NCBI GenBank assembly: GCA_030614915.1
Contig: JAUXAG010000004.1
Location: 77,065 to 141,064 of the forward strand
From: Actinomycetes bacterium
Lineage (GTDB): Bacteria; Planctomycetota; Phycisphaerae; JAACET01
Direction of reading: 5' to 3'
DNA: 64,000 nt
Shown here one piece after another: positions 50,236 through 59,325 of the stretch; within the stretch, counting starts at the first letter, position 1, and every line of letters starts with the position of its first letter. The notes beneath the pieces are model-generated. The model was not told the origin of the DNA. It did no database searches and was given only the letters and a program-made list of their open reading frames with translations. A program made the position numbers and the translations under genes.

Positions 50236-51156
50236 CTAATCGCCGTGACGTATGGGTCGAAGTACCATCACAGAAGACAAACGAGTGGTGCGGGCCAACG
50301 GTTCGATGGTCAGGTCAGAAAAGAGCATGCTCCTGGGGCTGGGCTCGACCTTGGTCACGCGTCCAATAGCCAAACCGTCGGGTAGATTCTGCATGCCATC
50401 GGAAAGCACGACAGCCTGGAGGACGTCTTCTGGTTTGCCGTTGGGGCTGAGGTCTTTGTTGGGGACATCTTTGGCAATGAGGCGTCCACCGGCTAAGGAG
50501 CTAATGTGCAAAATCGGGCCCATAGCCGATGGTTCCAACTCGGCCAGAGGCGAATGGATATAAATACGAGCTGACATCGGGGGTTGATTTGGGTCTCCGA
50601 GTAAGCGGACCTGGGCAGTGCGAGGCTGGACAGAGCCGATGCGACCGACCAAAACGGAAGATTCCAATAGAGCTCGTCCGGTGAGCTTGGAATCGTGCTG
50701 GAGGACGGCGACGACGACCCAGAAGCCGACTTCCAGGCCAGCGGTGCTGCCCTGGTCAATAGTGATCACGGTCCGGCCCGGCAGACCGTGGCCACAGACG
50801 TTGGCAGGAATCAACGAGTAACTCTCCAACAGCAGATTCTTGTGCAGATGCTCTCGACGGGCGTAGATATCGGCCATGCGCATCCATTGGCTGTGCAAGA
50901 AAGCGTTTTGCTGTTCCAGGAGGCGGATGCGATCAAGAAGCTCCTGGGTCTGGGCAGAAGCTGCCGGAGGTAGAGGACTCTGGGAGCTGGAGAAATAGTG
51001 CAATATACGGTTGACACCGATGGCTGGGGGGCTGATGAGAGAATTGACGACGGCGCGAAAAGGGTTTAACAATCCGGGGGGCAAGAAAAGGGCCAGGAAA
51101 GAAAGGACCATCAGAATGGTAAAAACGGTGGATGCAGAAAGGTTCAACCGTCGCAT
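50236..51156 (-). CDS. mreC: Rod shape-determining protein MreC
   Basis: TM, coiled coil, ITIDQGS..G, LVGRI, LPDGLAIGRV. Confidence 0.85.
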   Translation of the reverse strand: MRRLNLSASTVFTILMVLSFLALFLPPGLLNPFRAVVNSLISPPAIGVNRILHYFSSSQSPLPPAASAQTQELLDRIRLLEQQNAFLHSQWMRMADIYARREHLHKNLLLESYSLIPANVCGHGLPGRTVITIDQGSTAGLEVGFWVVVAVLQHDSKLTGRALLESSVLVGRIGSVQPRTAQVRLLGDPNQPPMSARIYIHSPLAELEPSAMGPILHISSLAGGRLIAKDVPNKDLSPNGKPEDVLQAVVLSDGMQNLPDGLAIGRVTKVEPSPRSMLFSDLTIEPLARTTRLSSVMVLRPIRHGD

Positions 51157-51184
51157 ATCAAAATGATAGGGCCGGGGGGCTCTC

Positions 51185-51650
51185 AAGACAAGAGACAAAA
51201 AGGAAAGGCTTGCTCGTGCTTCCAGCCTTCGCAGCCGAAGCTGCTTCGGCGGAGTAGGCTCGCAGCGAAGCGCCGCTTCGCAGAGTAGTAAGGCTTGAGG
51301 AAGAAAGAGAAAGAGCTCACCACGAAGAGGGCACCCCAATCGCAATACACTGCGATTGGGGACCCCACGAAGGACACGAAGTAGGAAAGAAGGGGCAACG
51401 CGTAGCGTCCTTCCCGTAGGGACCTGTGGTCGGAAACCCTAAGAAACCCCCGGTAAAACCGGGGGCTAAATACAAGAGCAGAAGTCCCCCAGGATAACGC
51501 GTAGCGTCCTGCGGAAGGCACAGAGGCACAAAGGCACAAAGCAAGAAAAGCAACCCCCAGGATAAACCTGGGGGCTAAATACAAGAGCAGAAGACCCCCA
51601 GGATAAACCTGGGGGCTAAACAAAGAGACCCCCGGTGGGCTAAATAAAAG
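51185..51650 (+). repeat. Composite repeat mosaic inside mre operon
   Basis: Three complete CCCCC(A/G)G..AAA..C(T/C)GGGGGCTAAA palindromes (51447, 51554, 51595), two 17-bp units, nested inserts. Confidence 0.87.
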
Positions 51651-51682
51651 AACAGTAGGGCATAGGATTTAGGGAAGGTTGT

Positions 51683-52747
51683 TCAGTACGTTTCCTGGCC
51701 GGACTCCATGGTTTCCTTCCACTGCTCGAGATGCTCGAGATAGACGCTGGTGCCTCTGGCGACGCAGAAGAGGGGCTCGTCGGTAATTCTGACATCCAGG
51801 CCGGTGGACTGACTGATGACACGGTCAATGCCTCGGAGCAAGGCACCGCCGCCGACTAAAACCACGCCATTGTCGACCAAATCGGCGGAGAGCTCGGGCT
51901 CAATCTTGTCGAGAGTTCGCATGATCAAGTCGACAATCTGGCCGAGGGGGTCTCTTAGACACTCGCGGATTTCCTCGGAAGTAACGGTGGTTTTGCGGGG
52001 CAGGCCGGAAACCATGTCCCGGCCTCGGACCTCCATGGAGAGTTCCTCGTCGAGAGGAGCGGCTGAACCGATTTCAATTTTTATCTTCTCGGCGGTCTGT
52101 TCGCCAATCATGAGGTTGTAATTTCGTTTCATGTGATTTCCGATGGCCTCGTCCATGTCGTCGCCGGCAACGCGAACAGACTGACAGACGGCGATGTCGC
52201 CAAGAGAAAGGACAGCGACCTCGGTGGTACCGCCGCCAACATCGACGACCATGGAGCCGGTGGGTTCGCGAATGGGCAGATTGGCGCCGATGGCCGCGGC
52301 CAAGGGCTCTTCAACAAGATAAACGCGACGAGCGCCGGCGCGTTCGGCAGAGTTGAGGACGGCGCGCTTTTCGACGGCGGTGACCCCGGAAGGAATGGCA
52401 ATGACGACCCTGACGCGAGGTCTGATGAATCCTACGCGTCCGTGAGCCTTGCGGATGAAATAGGAGAGCATGGCCTCAGTGATGTCAAAGTCAGCAATGA
52501 CGCCGTCCTTCAAGGGCCTGATGGCGGTTATGGAACCGGGGGTCTTTCCCAACATTTCCTTGGCTACAAAACCGACGGCCTGGCCGTTCTGGACGACCTG
52601 ATTGGTGCCCTTACGCACGGCTACCACAGAGGGCTCATTCAGGACAATGCCCTGATTACGGATGCAAACAAGGGTGTTGGAAGTACCCAGGTCAATGCCC
52701 ATGTCCACAGAGAAAAAACCAAGAAGTGAATCAAGATTCACAGGCAA
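51683..52747 (-). CDS. mreB: Rod shape-determining protein MreB
   Basis: GIDLGTSNT, RPLKDGVIADF, DVGGGTTE, GGGALL. Confidence 0.97.
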   Translation of the reverse strand: MPVNLDSLLGFFSVDMGIDLGTSNTLVCIRNQGIVLNEPSVVAVRKGTNQVVQNGQAVGFVAKEMLGKTPGSITAIRPLKDGVIADFDITEAMLSYFIRKAHGRVGFIRPRVRVVIAIPSGVTAVEKRAVLNSAERAGARRVYLVEEPLAAAIGANLPIREPTGSMVVDVGGGTTEVAVLSLGDIAVCQSVRVAGDDMDEAIGNHMKRNYNLMIGEQTAEKIKIEIGSAAPLDEELSMEVRGRDMVSGLPRKTTVTSEEIRECLRDPLGQIVDLIMRTLDKIEPELSADLVDNGVVLVGGGALLRGIDRVISQSTGLDVRITDEPLFCVARGTSVYLEHLEQWKETMESGQETY

Positions 52748-52759
52748 ACTCCTATTAAT

Positions 52760-52852
52760 TAGGCTTGAGGCTTGAGGCCTGCTCGTGCTTCGCAGCGAAG
52801 CGCCGCTTCGCAGAGTAGTAAGGCCTGAAGCTTGAGGCCTGAGACTTGAGGG
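52760..52852 (+). repeat. (GGCTTGA)n heptamer array interrupted by a 44-bp module
   Basis: AGGCTTGAGGCTTGAGGCCT-[GCTCGTGCTTCGCAGCGAAGCGCCGCTTCGCAGAGTAGTA]-AGGCCTGAAGCTTGAGGCCTGAGACTTGAGG. Confidence 0.8.
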
Positions 52853-53028
52853 TTCAATTGGGCAAACATTCTACCGCAAGTCCGGAAGATATGGAAGAGG
52901 CAAATCCACCGTGGCGAAGGCAGCTTTGCCAGGGGCAAGGCCCAATCTACCGGCTGAGTAAATCGGGGCCTTGAAGTCCGAGAGGCCCAGGGTCCGATAA
53001 ATGAAGAAGCTTCTGGGTCCCAAGACTA

Positions 53029-53238
53029 TCAGACGAGGGCCAGGGCCAAGGCGGCGATCTCCGGAATTCGCTGTGTAGAGTAAATAGCGCGAAAAAACGT
53101 ATGGGCCCCAAAGGAAGTACAGCCCAGATAAATAAGATATATGGTAGAGGCGAACAAGACCAGCACAGCGACCAGCAAGAGGAAACTGAGCACATCCGGG
53201 GCGGGCTTGGCTGAACTCTGGGGCATCATTTCAGGCAT
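53029..53238 (-). CDS. Small hypothetical membrane protein
   Basis: 69-aa ORF with one clear TM; GAGG upstream. Confidence 0.5.
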   Translation of the reverse strand: MPEMMPQSSAKPAPDVLSFLLLVAVLVLFASTIYLIYLGCTSFGAHTFFRAIYSTQRIPEIAALALALV

Positions 53239-53265
53239 TTTTCGAAGACCTCAACAAAAGATGGA

Positions 53266-53520
53266 CTAACCCGAATATTCCACAAGAGTTTTGGTTTTGG
53301 CCGGCTATTTTGGCCAGCTTCTGCGTTCTCGGCTCTAACTGTCCTCGACGTATATATTTATACGACTCCGGTCAGTTAGAGCCTGCGGCCTTGAATCTGA
53401 GCAAAATTTCTCGGCCAAAACAGTGTGTTACTTCCATCGAGGCCGAAAATGATACTTAACTGATTTATTCTACATAAATTACGGAACACTGTACAAAATC
53501 TCGTGAAATATCCGGGCTAA
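53266..53520. mobile_element. MITE-like element with imperfect ~23-bp TIRs and CTAA target duplication
   Basis: CTAA-CCCGAATATTCCACAAGAGTTTTG ... CAAAATCTCGTGAAATATCCGGG-CTAA; internal palindrome GCTCTAACTG...CAGTTAGAGC. Confidence 0.72.
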
Positions 53521-53540
53521 GCCCAGAGGACTCGGCCCGC

Positions 53541-53849
53541 TCAGTCGGACGGCGAAAAGACGAGCGTATCTCCTTTGGCGAGAATAATTCCGGGACCGTC
53601 CTGGCCGGGTTCGGCAGGCTTGGTGTGGACCTGGTTGGCAGAGACACTAGTGATCTGGCCAATGACGGGCTTGGAACCCAGTCCGTAGTGGCCAATCCAA
53701 AAGCCGACCAGAACGAGAAAGCTAATAAGTAAAATTAGCAGAGCGGCTACCAGGAGTAGATTATAACTGTCAGAGACAATGTCTGCCAGGAGCGAGGGAC
53801 TTTGGGAGCGGTCGAGGGGGACACTAATCTGCTGTTCGGAATCGGCCAT
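53541..53849 (-). CDS. Small hypothetical membrane protein
   Basis: 102-aa ORF with one TM, 34 nt after the upstream gene. Confidence 0.6.
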   Translation of the reverse strand: MADSEQQISVPLDRSQSPSLLADIVSDSYNLLLVAALLILLISFLVLVGFWIGHYGLGSKPVIGQITSVSANQVHTKPAEPGQDGPGIILAKGDTLVFSPSD

Positions 53850-53883
53850 TATCTATTATTACCAAGAAGAGCTGGTCCTGGTT

Positions 53884-54735
53884 CTACTTTAGGGGGCTGG
53901 TGGAGACCTCGTCTCCGACCTCAACGCGTTTGGCGGACATAAGTATGGTACCGAGAGATCGATCGCGAAAGACGCGGGTGATTTCGAGGTTGCCAACATA
54001 ATCATCGTCGTAAATTGTGAGCTTGGTTCCTTCGGAAACGCCGGCAATCGAGCCGACGTTAATGGTGGCAATTTTGGCGTCCAGATCGACGGCAACAACC
54101 TTACCGTTAATTGGCCGGCGAGCCAGGAGAGGAGCCGGACGGACGGGAACAACAACAGGGGCACGTGCGGTGGTCCGGCCGCTGGCTTTGCGAATTTTAT
54201 CCTGTAAAGCGAAGATCTGCTCCTTCTTGCGGCTGACCTCGGTATCCAGGACCATCACATCTCTCAAGAGGTCGGAGACCTGCCTTTCGAGCTGGGCATT
54301 TTCGGTCTTGAGATCGCTGGCGGTGTTCCTGGCCCGGTCGAGCTGGTCGCTGGCGTGGTCGCGAGCCGTCTGGGCCCGTTTCAAGGAATCATCAAAATTG
54401 GCCAACCGCTGGCGAAAGGTATCGTTGTCGAGAGTGAGCTTTCCAAGCTTAAACCGAAGGTTAGTCAGATCAGTGTTTGCCTGGACCAAAAGGCTGCGGG
54501 CAGAGTCGAGCTGGCGCTGGAGGTCCTGCTTTTCCTTACGAAGCTGCTGCTGAGTCTGTGTATTGGCCAGATTGTCGCTCTTGAGCTGAGCCCGAAGGGT
54601 GGCCACATCCTCGGAGCGTTCCAGAGCGAGGGTCTTCCAGGACTGCTGCTGCGAGAGATAGACCAAAAGAACGGCACTGTGGGCGATGGCCAAGACAACC
54701 AGAATGACAACGAGAATTTTAGTGAGAGTGCTCAC
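53884..54735 (-). CDS. Membrane-anchored coiled-coil protein with C-terminal beta-barrel (planctomycete-type hypothetical)
   Basis: GTG start with GGGGAGG RBS; STLTKILVV TM; heptad-rich middle; INVGS..GV..G C-domain. Confidence 0.8.
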   Translation of the reverse strand: MSTLTKILVVILVVLAIAHSAVLLVYLSQQQSWKTLALERSEDVATLRAQLKSDNLANTQTQQQLRKEKQDLQRQLDSARSLLVQANTDLTNLRFKLGKLTLDNDTFRQRLANFDDSLKRAQTARDHASDQLDRARNTASDLKTENAQLERQVSDLLRDVMVLDTEVSRKKEQIFALQDKIRKASGRTTARAPVVVPVRPAPLLARRPINGKVVAVDLDAKIATINVGSIAGVSEGTKLTIYDDDYVGNLEITRVFRDRSLGTILMSAKRVEVGDEVSTSPLK

Positions 54736-54889
54736 GGCAACCTCCCCGGTTACAAAAGAGGATCCAATTTCCAATAACCGCATTGCGGCCCATAGTATAC
54801 AACAGGCCAAGGGGCCCATGCAACAGTAGAAAACCGCAACATTAAGGCCATGATAGGGCCTACGGAACGGCTGTCAAGGACAAAAAAAA

Positions 54890-55120
54890 GGGGCTCGAGG
54901 CTTGGGGCTTGGGGCCTGAGGCTGGAGGCAGATAATACAGAAGAAAATACAGATTATTTGCCACAAAGAAGGCGGTAGCCCGATCGCGAAATGGTGCGAT
55001 TGGAGACACCCGGCGCAGAGCCGGGATAAACCCCCGGTAACGCGTAGCGTCCTTCAGAAACCGGGGGCTAAATACAAGAGCAGAAAACCCCCAGGATAAA
55101 CCTGGGGACTAAATATGGGG
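54890..55120 (+). repeat. Composite intergenic repeat mosaic
   Basis: GGCTTGG/GGCCTGA heptamers, ATCGC...GCGAT hairpin, CCGGCGCAGAGCCGG, palindrome with 17-bp insert (55041-55057), CCCCCAGGATAAACCTGGGG. Confidence 0.82.
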
Positions 55121-55172
55121 TGATCCGCAGAACCTTTGGGCAGTTGAAGGGCAGTTCGTGCAGATTTTGGGC

Positions 55173-56354
55173 CTATCGGCGGAGACGGGCCCGGAGATTG
55201 TCCAAGACGTTCATGAAATTGATGTAGGAATCGTAGGGGGATTCGTAGGGATTAAAGTACTTGTGGACGTCTCCGTCGGCAAAATACTTGGTGCACATAT
55301 AGTAGAAATGGTCTGAAGTCTGCAACCTTCGCCAGTCCCGGAGAATATCGTCATCTTGAGAATCCTTGACCTGCTGCTCGAGACGATAGAGCTCATAAAG
55401 GGCGTTGGACTGCATGGCATTTCCGAGCCAAGCGGAGAGGTCTCGCTCGGTGTCGGCCCAGGAGATCATGTAAGGGACGTCCAACTGGTCGGAGGGCTGA
55501 TAGGCCTGGATGAGCTCGGAAGGTGTTTTGAAGTTGTCGTCAGGATGGGCAAAGATTTGCTCGGGCAAGTGCTCCAGAAAAGTGAAGATGCCGGTGTCGG
55601 CCCATTGGTGCTCGCCAAAAGTTTCATAGTCCATAAAGAGATTGACGGTATAACCGTTTCCGTTGACTTGGTGGATCCAGTCGGCGAATTTTTCGGCGGT
55701 GAGCGGCCATTCGGCCCAGCTGCGCTGGGAAAACCGAAAAGCGATATCGTCGGAAAGACGGTAGTTTTTCAAGAGTAAAGTAGTGTTAGGATCTCCGGGC
55801 GGATGGTAGAGAAAATTCGGCGAACGGTAGCCGAGGATGTGGTCGGCCCCTTCGACCAGGATGCCGCGATAACCCATCTGGGCTACAAAGGCGGCCAAAT
55901 CATTGTTGTAGATAAGCTCGGTGTTGCGAAAGATGCTGGGGCGCTGGTTGAAATGATGCTGGATGAGGTCGGAGTGAAGGCTGATCTGCTCGGCAAACTC
56001 CTGGCGGGAGTGGAGGAAGGCCAGGGAATGGTAGTAGGTTTCGGCGAGGAACTCGACGGAGCCGGTATCGGCCAGGGCATGAAAAGTGCTCATGACCTCA
56101 GGGGCGTAGCGTTCGAGCTGCTCGATGAGCACTCCGGTGCAGGAATAGGCGACCTTGAAACGGCCGGGGTATTTGTTGATAAGATCGAGAATGAGCCTAT
56201 TGGTGGGCAGATAACACTTTTCGGCCACCTTGTGGATAATCTGCTTATTGTGATATTCGTCGAAATAATCGGCGTCGGAATCAAAAATGGTGTATCGTCT
56301 GAGGCGATAGGGCTGGTGGACCTGAAAGTAAAAACATACCGAGGCCATGGCCAT
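55173..56354 (-). CDS. Glycoside hydrolase family 57 (alpha-amylase-like)
   Basis: FQVHQP, ETYYHSL, FRNTEL, MDYETFGEHQ, SWAD.ERD.SAWLGN, QTSDH. Confidence 0.93.
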   Translation of the reverse strand: MAMASVCFYFQVHQPYRLRRYTIFDSDADYFDEYHNKQIIHKVAEKCYLPTNRLILDLINKYPGRFKVAYSCTGVLIEQLERYAPEVMSTFHALADTGSVEFLAETYYHSLAFLHSRQEFAEQISLHSDLIQHHFNQRPSIFRNTELIYNNDLAAFVAQMGYRGILVEGADHILGYRSPNFLYHPPGDPNTTLLLKNYRLSDDIAFRFSQRSWAEWPLTAEKFADWIHQVNGNGYTVNLFMDYETFGEHQWADTGIFTFLEHLPEQIFAHPDDNFKTPSELIQAYQPSDQLDVPYMISWADTERDLSAWLGNAMQSNALYELYRLEQQVKDSQDDDILRDWRRLQTSDHFYYMCTKYFADGDVHKYFNPYESPYDSYINFMNVLDNLRARLRR

Positions 56355-56412
56355 CCTGTAAATCTACAATAGCAATCGCATCTCGAGCACGCCGTTCCGG
56401 GGCGAGAGTCAA

Positions 56413-57762
56413 TCAGGCCGGATCCGCCGAAGGCTCAGCAGAACGTTTCGCCCGGCCAGAGAGCACGGACTGGTAGACCTTTATACACTGCTGGGCGGAA
56501 TCCTGCCAGGAGAGTTTGCGAACTTCAAAGCTTCCGTGCTGGCGAAGGGTGGTCTGCAAGGGGGGGTGCCTGAGGACGGCTACAATCTTGTTGGCCATTT
56601 CATCAATGTCCCAGAAATCAACGCTGAGGACATGAGTGAGCAGCTCGCTGACGCCGGACTGCTTGGAGATGATGACGGGGACGTCATTGCTCATGGCTTC
56701 GAGAGGTGCAATTCCGAAGGGCTCTGAAACGGAGGGCATGACATACAAATCGGCCATTCGATAGACCTTTTCGACGTCCTGGCCTCTGAGGAAACCGGGG
56801 AAAAGGACCTTGTGGCCAATACCCATGGCAGCGGCGAGCTCGATGGTTCTTCGGGTCATGTCTCCGGAGCCAGCCATGATGAACTTGACGTTTTCCATAA
56901 CGCCAAGGACCTTTTTGGCGGCGGCGAGGAAGTACTCGGGCCCTTTCTGCATAGTAATCCGGCCCAGAAAGAGGACGATCTTTTCTCCCTTGGCGATGGT
57001 GATGCGGCGGTCGTTGAGCGGCTGGTGGCCGTTGAGGATGGCATTATAGACCACTTCGACTTTGTCCGCGGAGATGCCGTAGCGGGCAGTACAAATGCTC
57101 TTGGTCAGATGGGAAACGGCAATAACTCGGTCTGCAGCGTGCATTCCCTGTCGCTCAATATCGTAGACGGCCTGGTTGGCGTGCTGGCCAGAACGGTCGA
57201 ACTCGGTGGAATGGATATGAACGACCAGGGGTTTTTTGGTGGCCTTGGCCAAGGCGAGTCCGGCGGGGTAGGTCATCCAGTCGTGGGCGTGAATGATGTC
57301 GAAGGTGTGCTGGCGAGCGAGATCAGTAACCAGGTGGGCATAGCGGCGGACCTCCTTGAGAAGGTCGCCGTGGTAATGGGCAGCCGAGGCAGGCAGGTCA
57401 ACGAATTCTGCGGGCTGCTGTTCTCCGGCCGGTTGGCCGGCCTGCTGGATGGCCTGTAAGTCGGCTAGGTGGCGGGCGTGCTGGGCCTGTCCAGTGTAGG
57501 GCTGAAGAAGAGCGTCAACGGCTTTGATGGTAACGTTGGGCATATCGGTGGGGATGTCAGCCGAGGCAGCGTTGATTGCCTGGAGGTCGGAAGGGCTGAG
57601 TACCTGGAGGTGAGAGCCGGCTTGACCGGCGGCCGGGCGAGGCAAAACAAACAAGACCTGGGCACCAATCTGGCTCATACCCTTGGTCAGGCCATAACAG
57701 GCCGTCCCCAGGCCTCCGGAGATGTAAGGAGGAAACTCCCACCCCAGCATCAAAATCTTCAT
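56413..57762 (-). CDS. GT4 glycosyltransferase (glycogen synthase-like)
   Basis: MKILMLGWEFPP.ISGGLG, HAHDW, SEPFGIAPLEA. Confidence 0.92.
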   Translation of the reverse strand: MKILMLGWEFPPYISGGLGTACYGLTKGMSQIGAQVLFVLPRPAAGQAGSHLQVLSPSDLQAINAASADIPTDMPNVTIKAVDALLQPYTGQAQHARHLADLQAIQQAGQPAGEQQPAEFVDLPASAAHYHGDLLKEVRRYAHLVTDLARQHTFDIIHAHDWMTYPAGLALAKATKKPLVVHIHSTEFDRSGQHANQAVYDIERQGMHAADRVIAVSHLTKSICTARYGISADKVEVVYNAILNGHQPLNDRRITIAKGEKIVLFLGRITMQKGPEYFLAAAKKVLGVMENVKFIMAGSGDMTRRTIELAAAMGIGHKVLFPGFLRGQDVEKVYRMADLYVMPSVSEPFGIAPLEAMSNDVPVIISKQSGVSELLTHVLSVDFWDIDEMANKIVAVLRHPPLQTTLRQHGSFEVRKLSWQDSAQQCIKVYQSVLSGRAKRSAEPSADPA

Positions 57763-57878
57763 GGCCTCGGCCCACACTGAGTCAGCAGAACTCTGACTGT
57801 ACGAGCAACTCGCCTGTCCGTCAGCAACGAAAGCTACTCCGGCGGAAGGATCCGGACAAAAAGAGGAACGAGTCTGAG

Positions 57879-57907
57879 ATTTTATGCTAGGCGTCATAGA
57901 TTGTCAA
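57879..57907 (-). promoter_or_regulatory. Near-consensus sigma70 promoter of GT4-GH57 operon
   Basis: TTGACA-17-TAAAAT. Confidence 0.7.
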
Positions 57908-58239
57908 GTCAGGTTTTGCAGCATCCCACAAAGCAGGCACAAAAAACGTGCAGCTGAATCTGCGACTGCTCCAGGCAGTGCCCAGACGGCCGGGGCCCGG
58001 CTGTGCTGCCGAAATGTCGGGCCAGGCCGGTCCAAGCAACACTGGGTAGGACACTAAGCCATCCGGGTGCAAACCTTACAGTAGAAATCGGTCGAAAAAC
58101 AAGACCGTATTAGCTATGGATAAGGATCGGCGTTCAATTACTACATTTTTTGGAGTCTGGGGGGTGGCTGGGGGTCCGATATATCAGGACCGCTGCCTAA
58201 GAACGTGTAAATAAATAATCTTCCATTTTGCCGCTAAAT

Positions 58240-58410
58240 AAACCCCTACGATAAAGCGGGGATAATCAAAAAGACCCCCAGGATAAACCTGGGGGCTAAA
58301 CAAAGGACCTGGTATCCTGATTCGGCGACACAAAGTGTCCTTCCCGTAGGGAGCTGTGGTCGGAAACCCTAAGAAACCCCCAGGATAAACCTGGGGGCTA
58401 AACAAAGAAC
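58240..58410 (+). repeat. Composite intergenic repeat mosaic
   Basis: Two CCCCCAGGATAAACCTGGGGGCTAAACAAAG copies; TCCTTCCCGTAGGGAGCTGTGGTCGGAAACCCTAAGAAACCCCC nearly identical to 51408-51451. Confidence 0.85.
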
Positions 58411-58473
58411 TCGTGAATTTTGAGCAACTCGACCTTTTTGAAGCAAAAACGAAACCTTATTCATTTACAAGTC

Positions 58474-59259
58474 CTAGACGTGCAATTGGCTCTTGCGGTC
58501 GGCCAACTGATCCTTGAGGCGATCGAGGATTGAGGAGTGAATCTGTGAGACGCGAGACTCAGATAAATCGAGGGTGGCGCCGATCTCCTTCATGGTCATG
58601 CCTTCATAATAATAGAGTGTAATAATCAGGCTTTCGGTGCGTGAGAATCCCTTGGTAATCAAAGACTTGAGGTCGCGGCGATGGGCCTGCTGTACGGGGT
58701 CGCTGCCCTTGGGGTCTTTGAGGATGTCGATCTCCTCGATCTGTCTGGAGCCGTCGCTGTCAAACCACTTGCGATTGAAGGAGACCTGTGAGACGGCGTG
58801 GGCGTCGCGGATAATCTTGTTCAATTCCTTCATGGATACGCCCATGCGCTGAGCAATCTCATTGTTGGAGGGTAGGCGTCCGAACTCAGCGTGGAGGGCC
58901 TGAGTGGTGTTTTCGAGTTTGCGTCCGCGGGCCCGGACTAATCGGGGGACCCAGTCCATAGAGCGGATTTCGTCGAGGATGGCCCCGCGGATACGAGGGG
59001 CACAGTAAGTTTCAAACTTGATGCCCCGGTCAGGGTCAAAGGCCTCGATGGCGTCGAGGAGGCCAAAGGTTCCGGCACTGATAAGGTCGTCGAGCTCGAC
59101 CTCTCCGGGCAGTTTGGTGGCCAAGCGTTCGGCATTGAACTTGACCAAAGGCAAGAAATTGGTCAAGAGGAAGTTGCGAAGCTCCTGGGAGGCGTTTTTG
59201 CGATAATCGTGCCAAACTTCGGCGAGTTCCAGAGCGGCTTTCTGATCGGTAGCGGGCAT
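58474..59259 (-). CDS. fliA: Sigma-28 (FliA/WhiG family)
   Basis: DDLISAG..GLLDA, RIRGAILDEIRSMDWVPR, LSESRVSQIH. Confidence 0.94.
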   Translation of the reverse strand: MPATDQKAALELAEVWHDYRKNASQELRNFLLTNFLPLVKFNAERLATKLPGEVELDDLISAGTFGLLDAIEAFDPDRGIKFETYCAPRIRGAILDEIRSMDWVPRLVRARGRKLENTTQALHAEFGRLPSNNEIAQRMGVSMKELNKIIRDAHAVSQVSFNRKWFDSDGSRQIEEIDILKDPKGSDPVQQAHRRDLKSLITKGFSRTESLIITLYYYEGMTMKEIGATLDLSESRVSQIHSSILDRLKDQLADRKSQLHV

Positions 59260-59325
59260 GTGTAAGCTCCTGTCAGATACAAATCCTCAGATGCGAAGCA
59301 CCGGCGGGAAGACGGTGCGAGTCAA

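Noticed and set aside
51157-51623. ORFs reading through repeat mosaics (51183-51623, mreC extension to 51345, also 45132-45323 and 58184-58405)
   Set aside because: Translations consist of repeat-derived peptides (FSPQVYPGG etc.); no sign of independent coding.
51440-51650. Possible CRISPR array (recurring 26-bp palindrome)
   Set aside because: Spacing is irregular, the intervening sequences are themselves repeats, copies are dispersed, and no cas genes are present.
57763-57897. 45-aa N-terminal extension of the GT4 ORF
   Set aside because: A near-consensus promoter overlaps the upstream ATG, and the family N-terminus is MKILMLGWEFPP.
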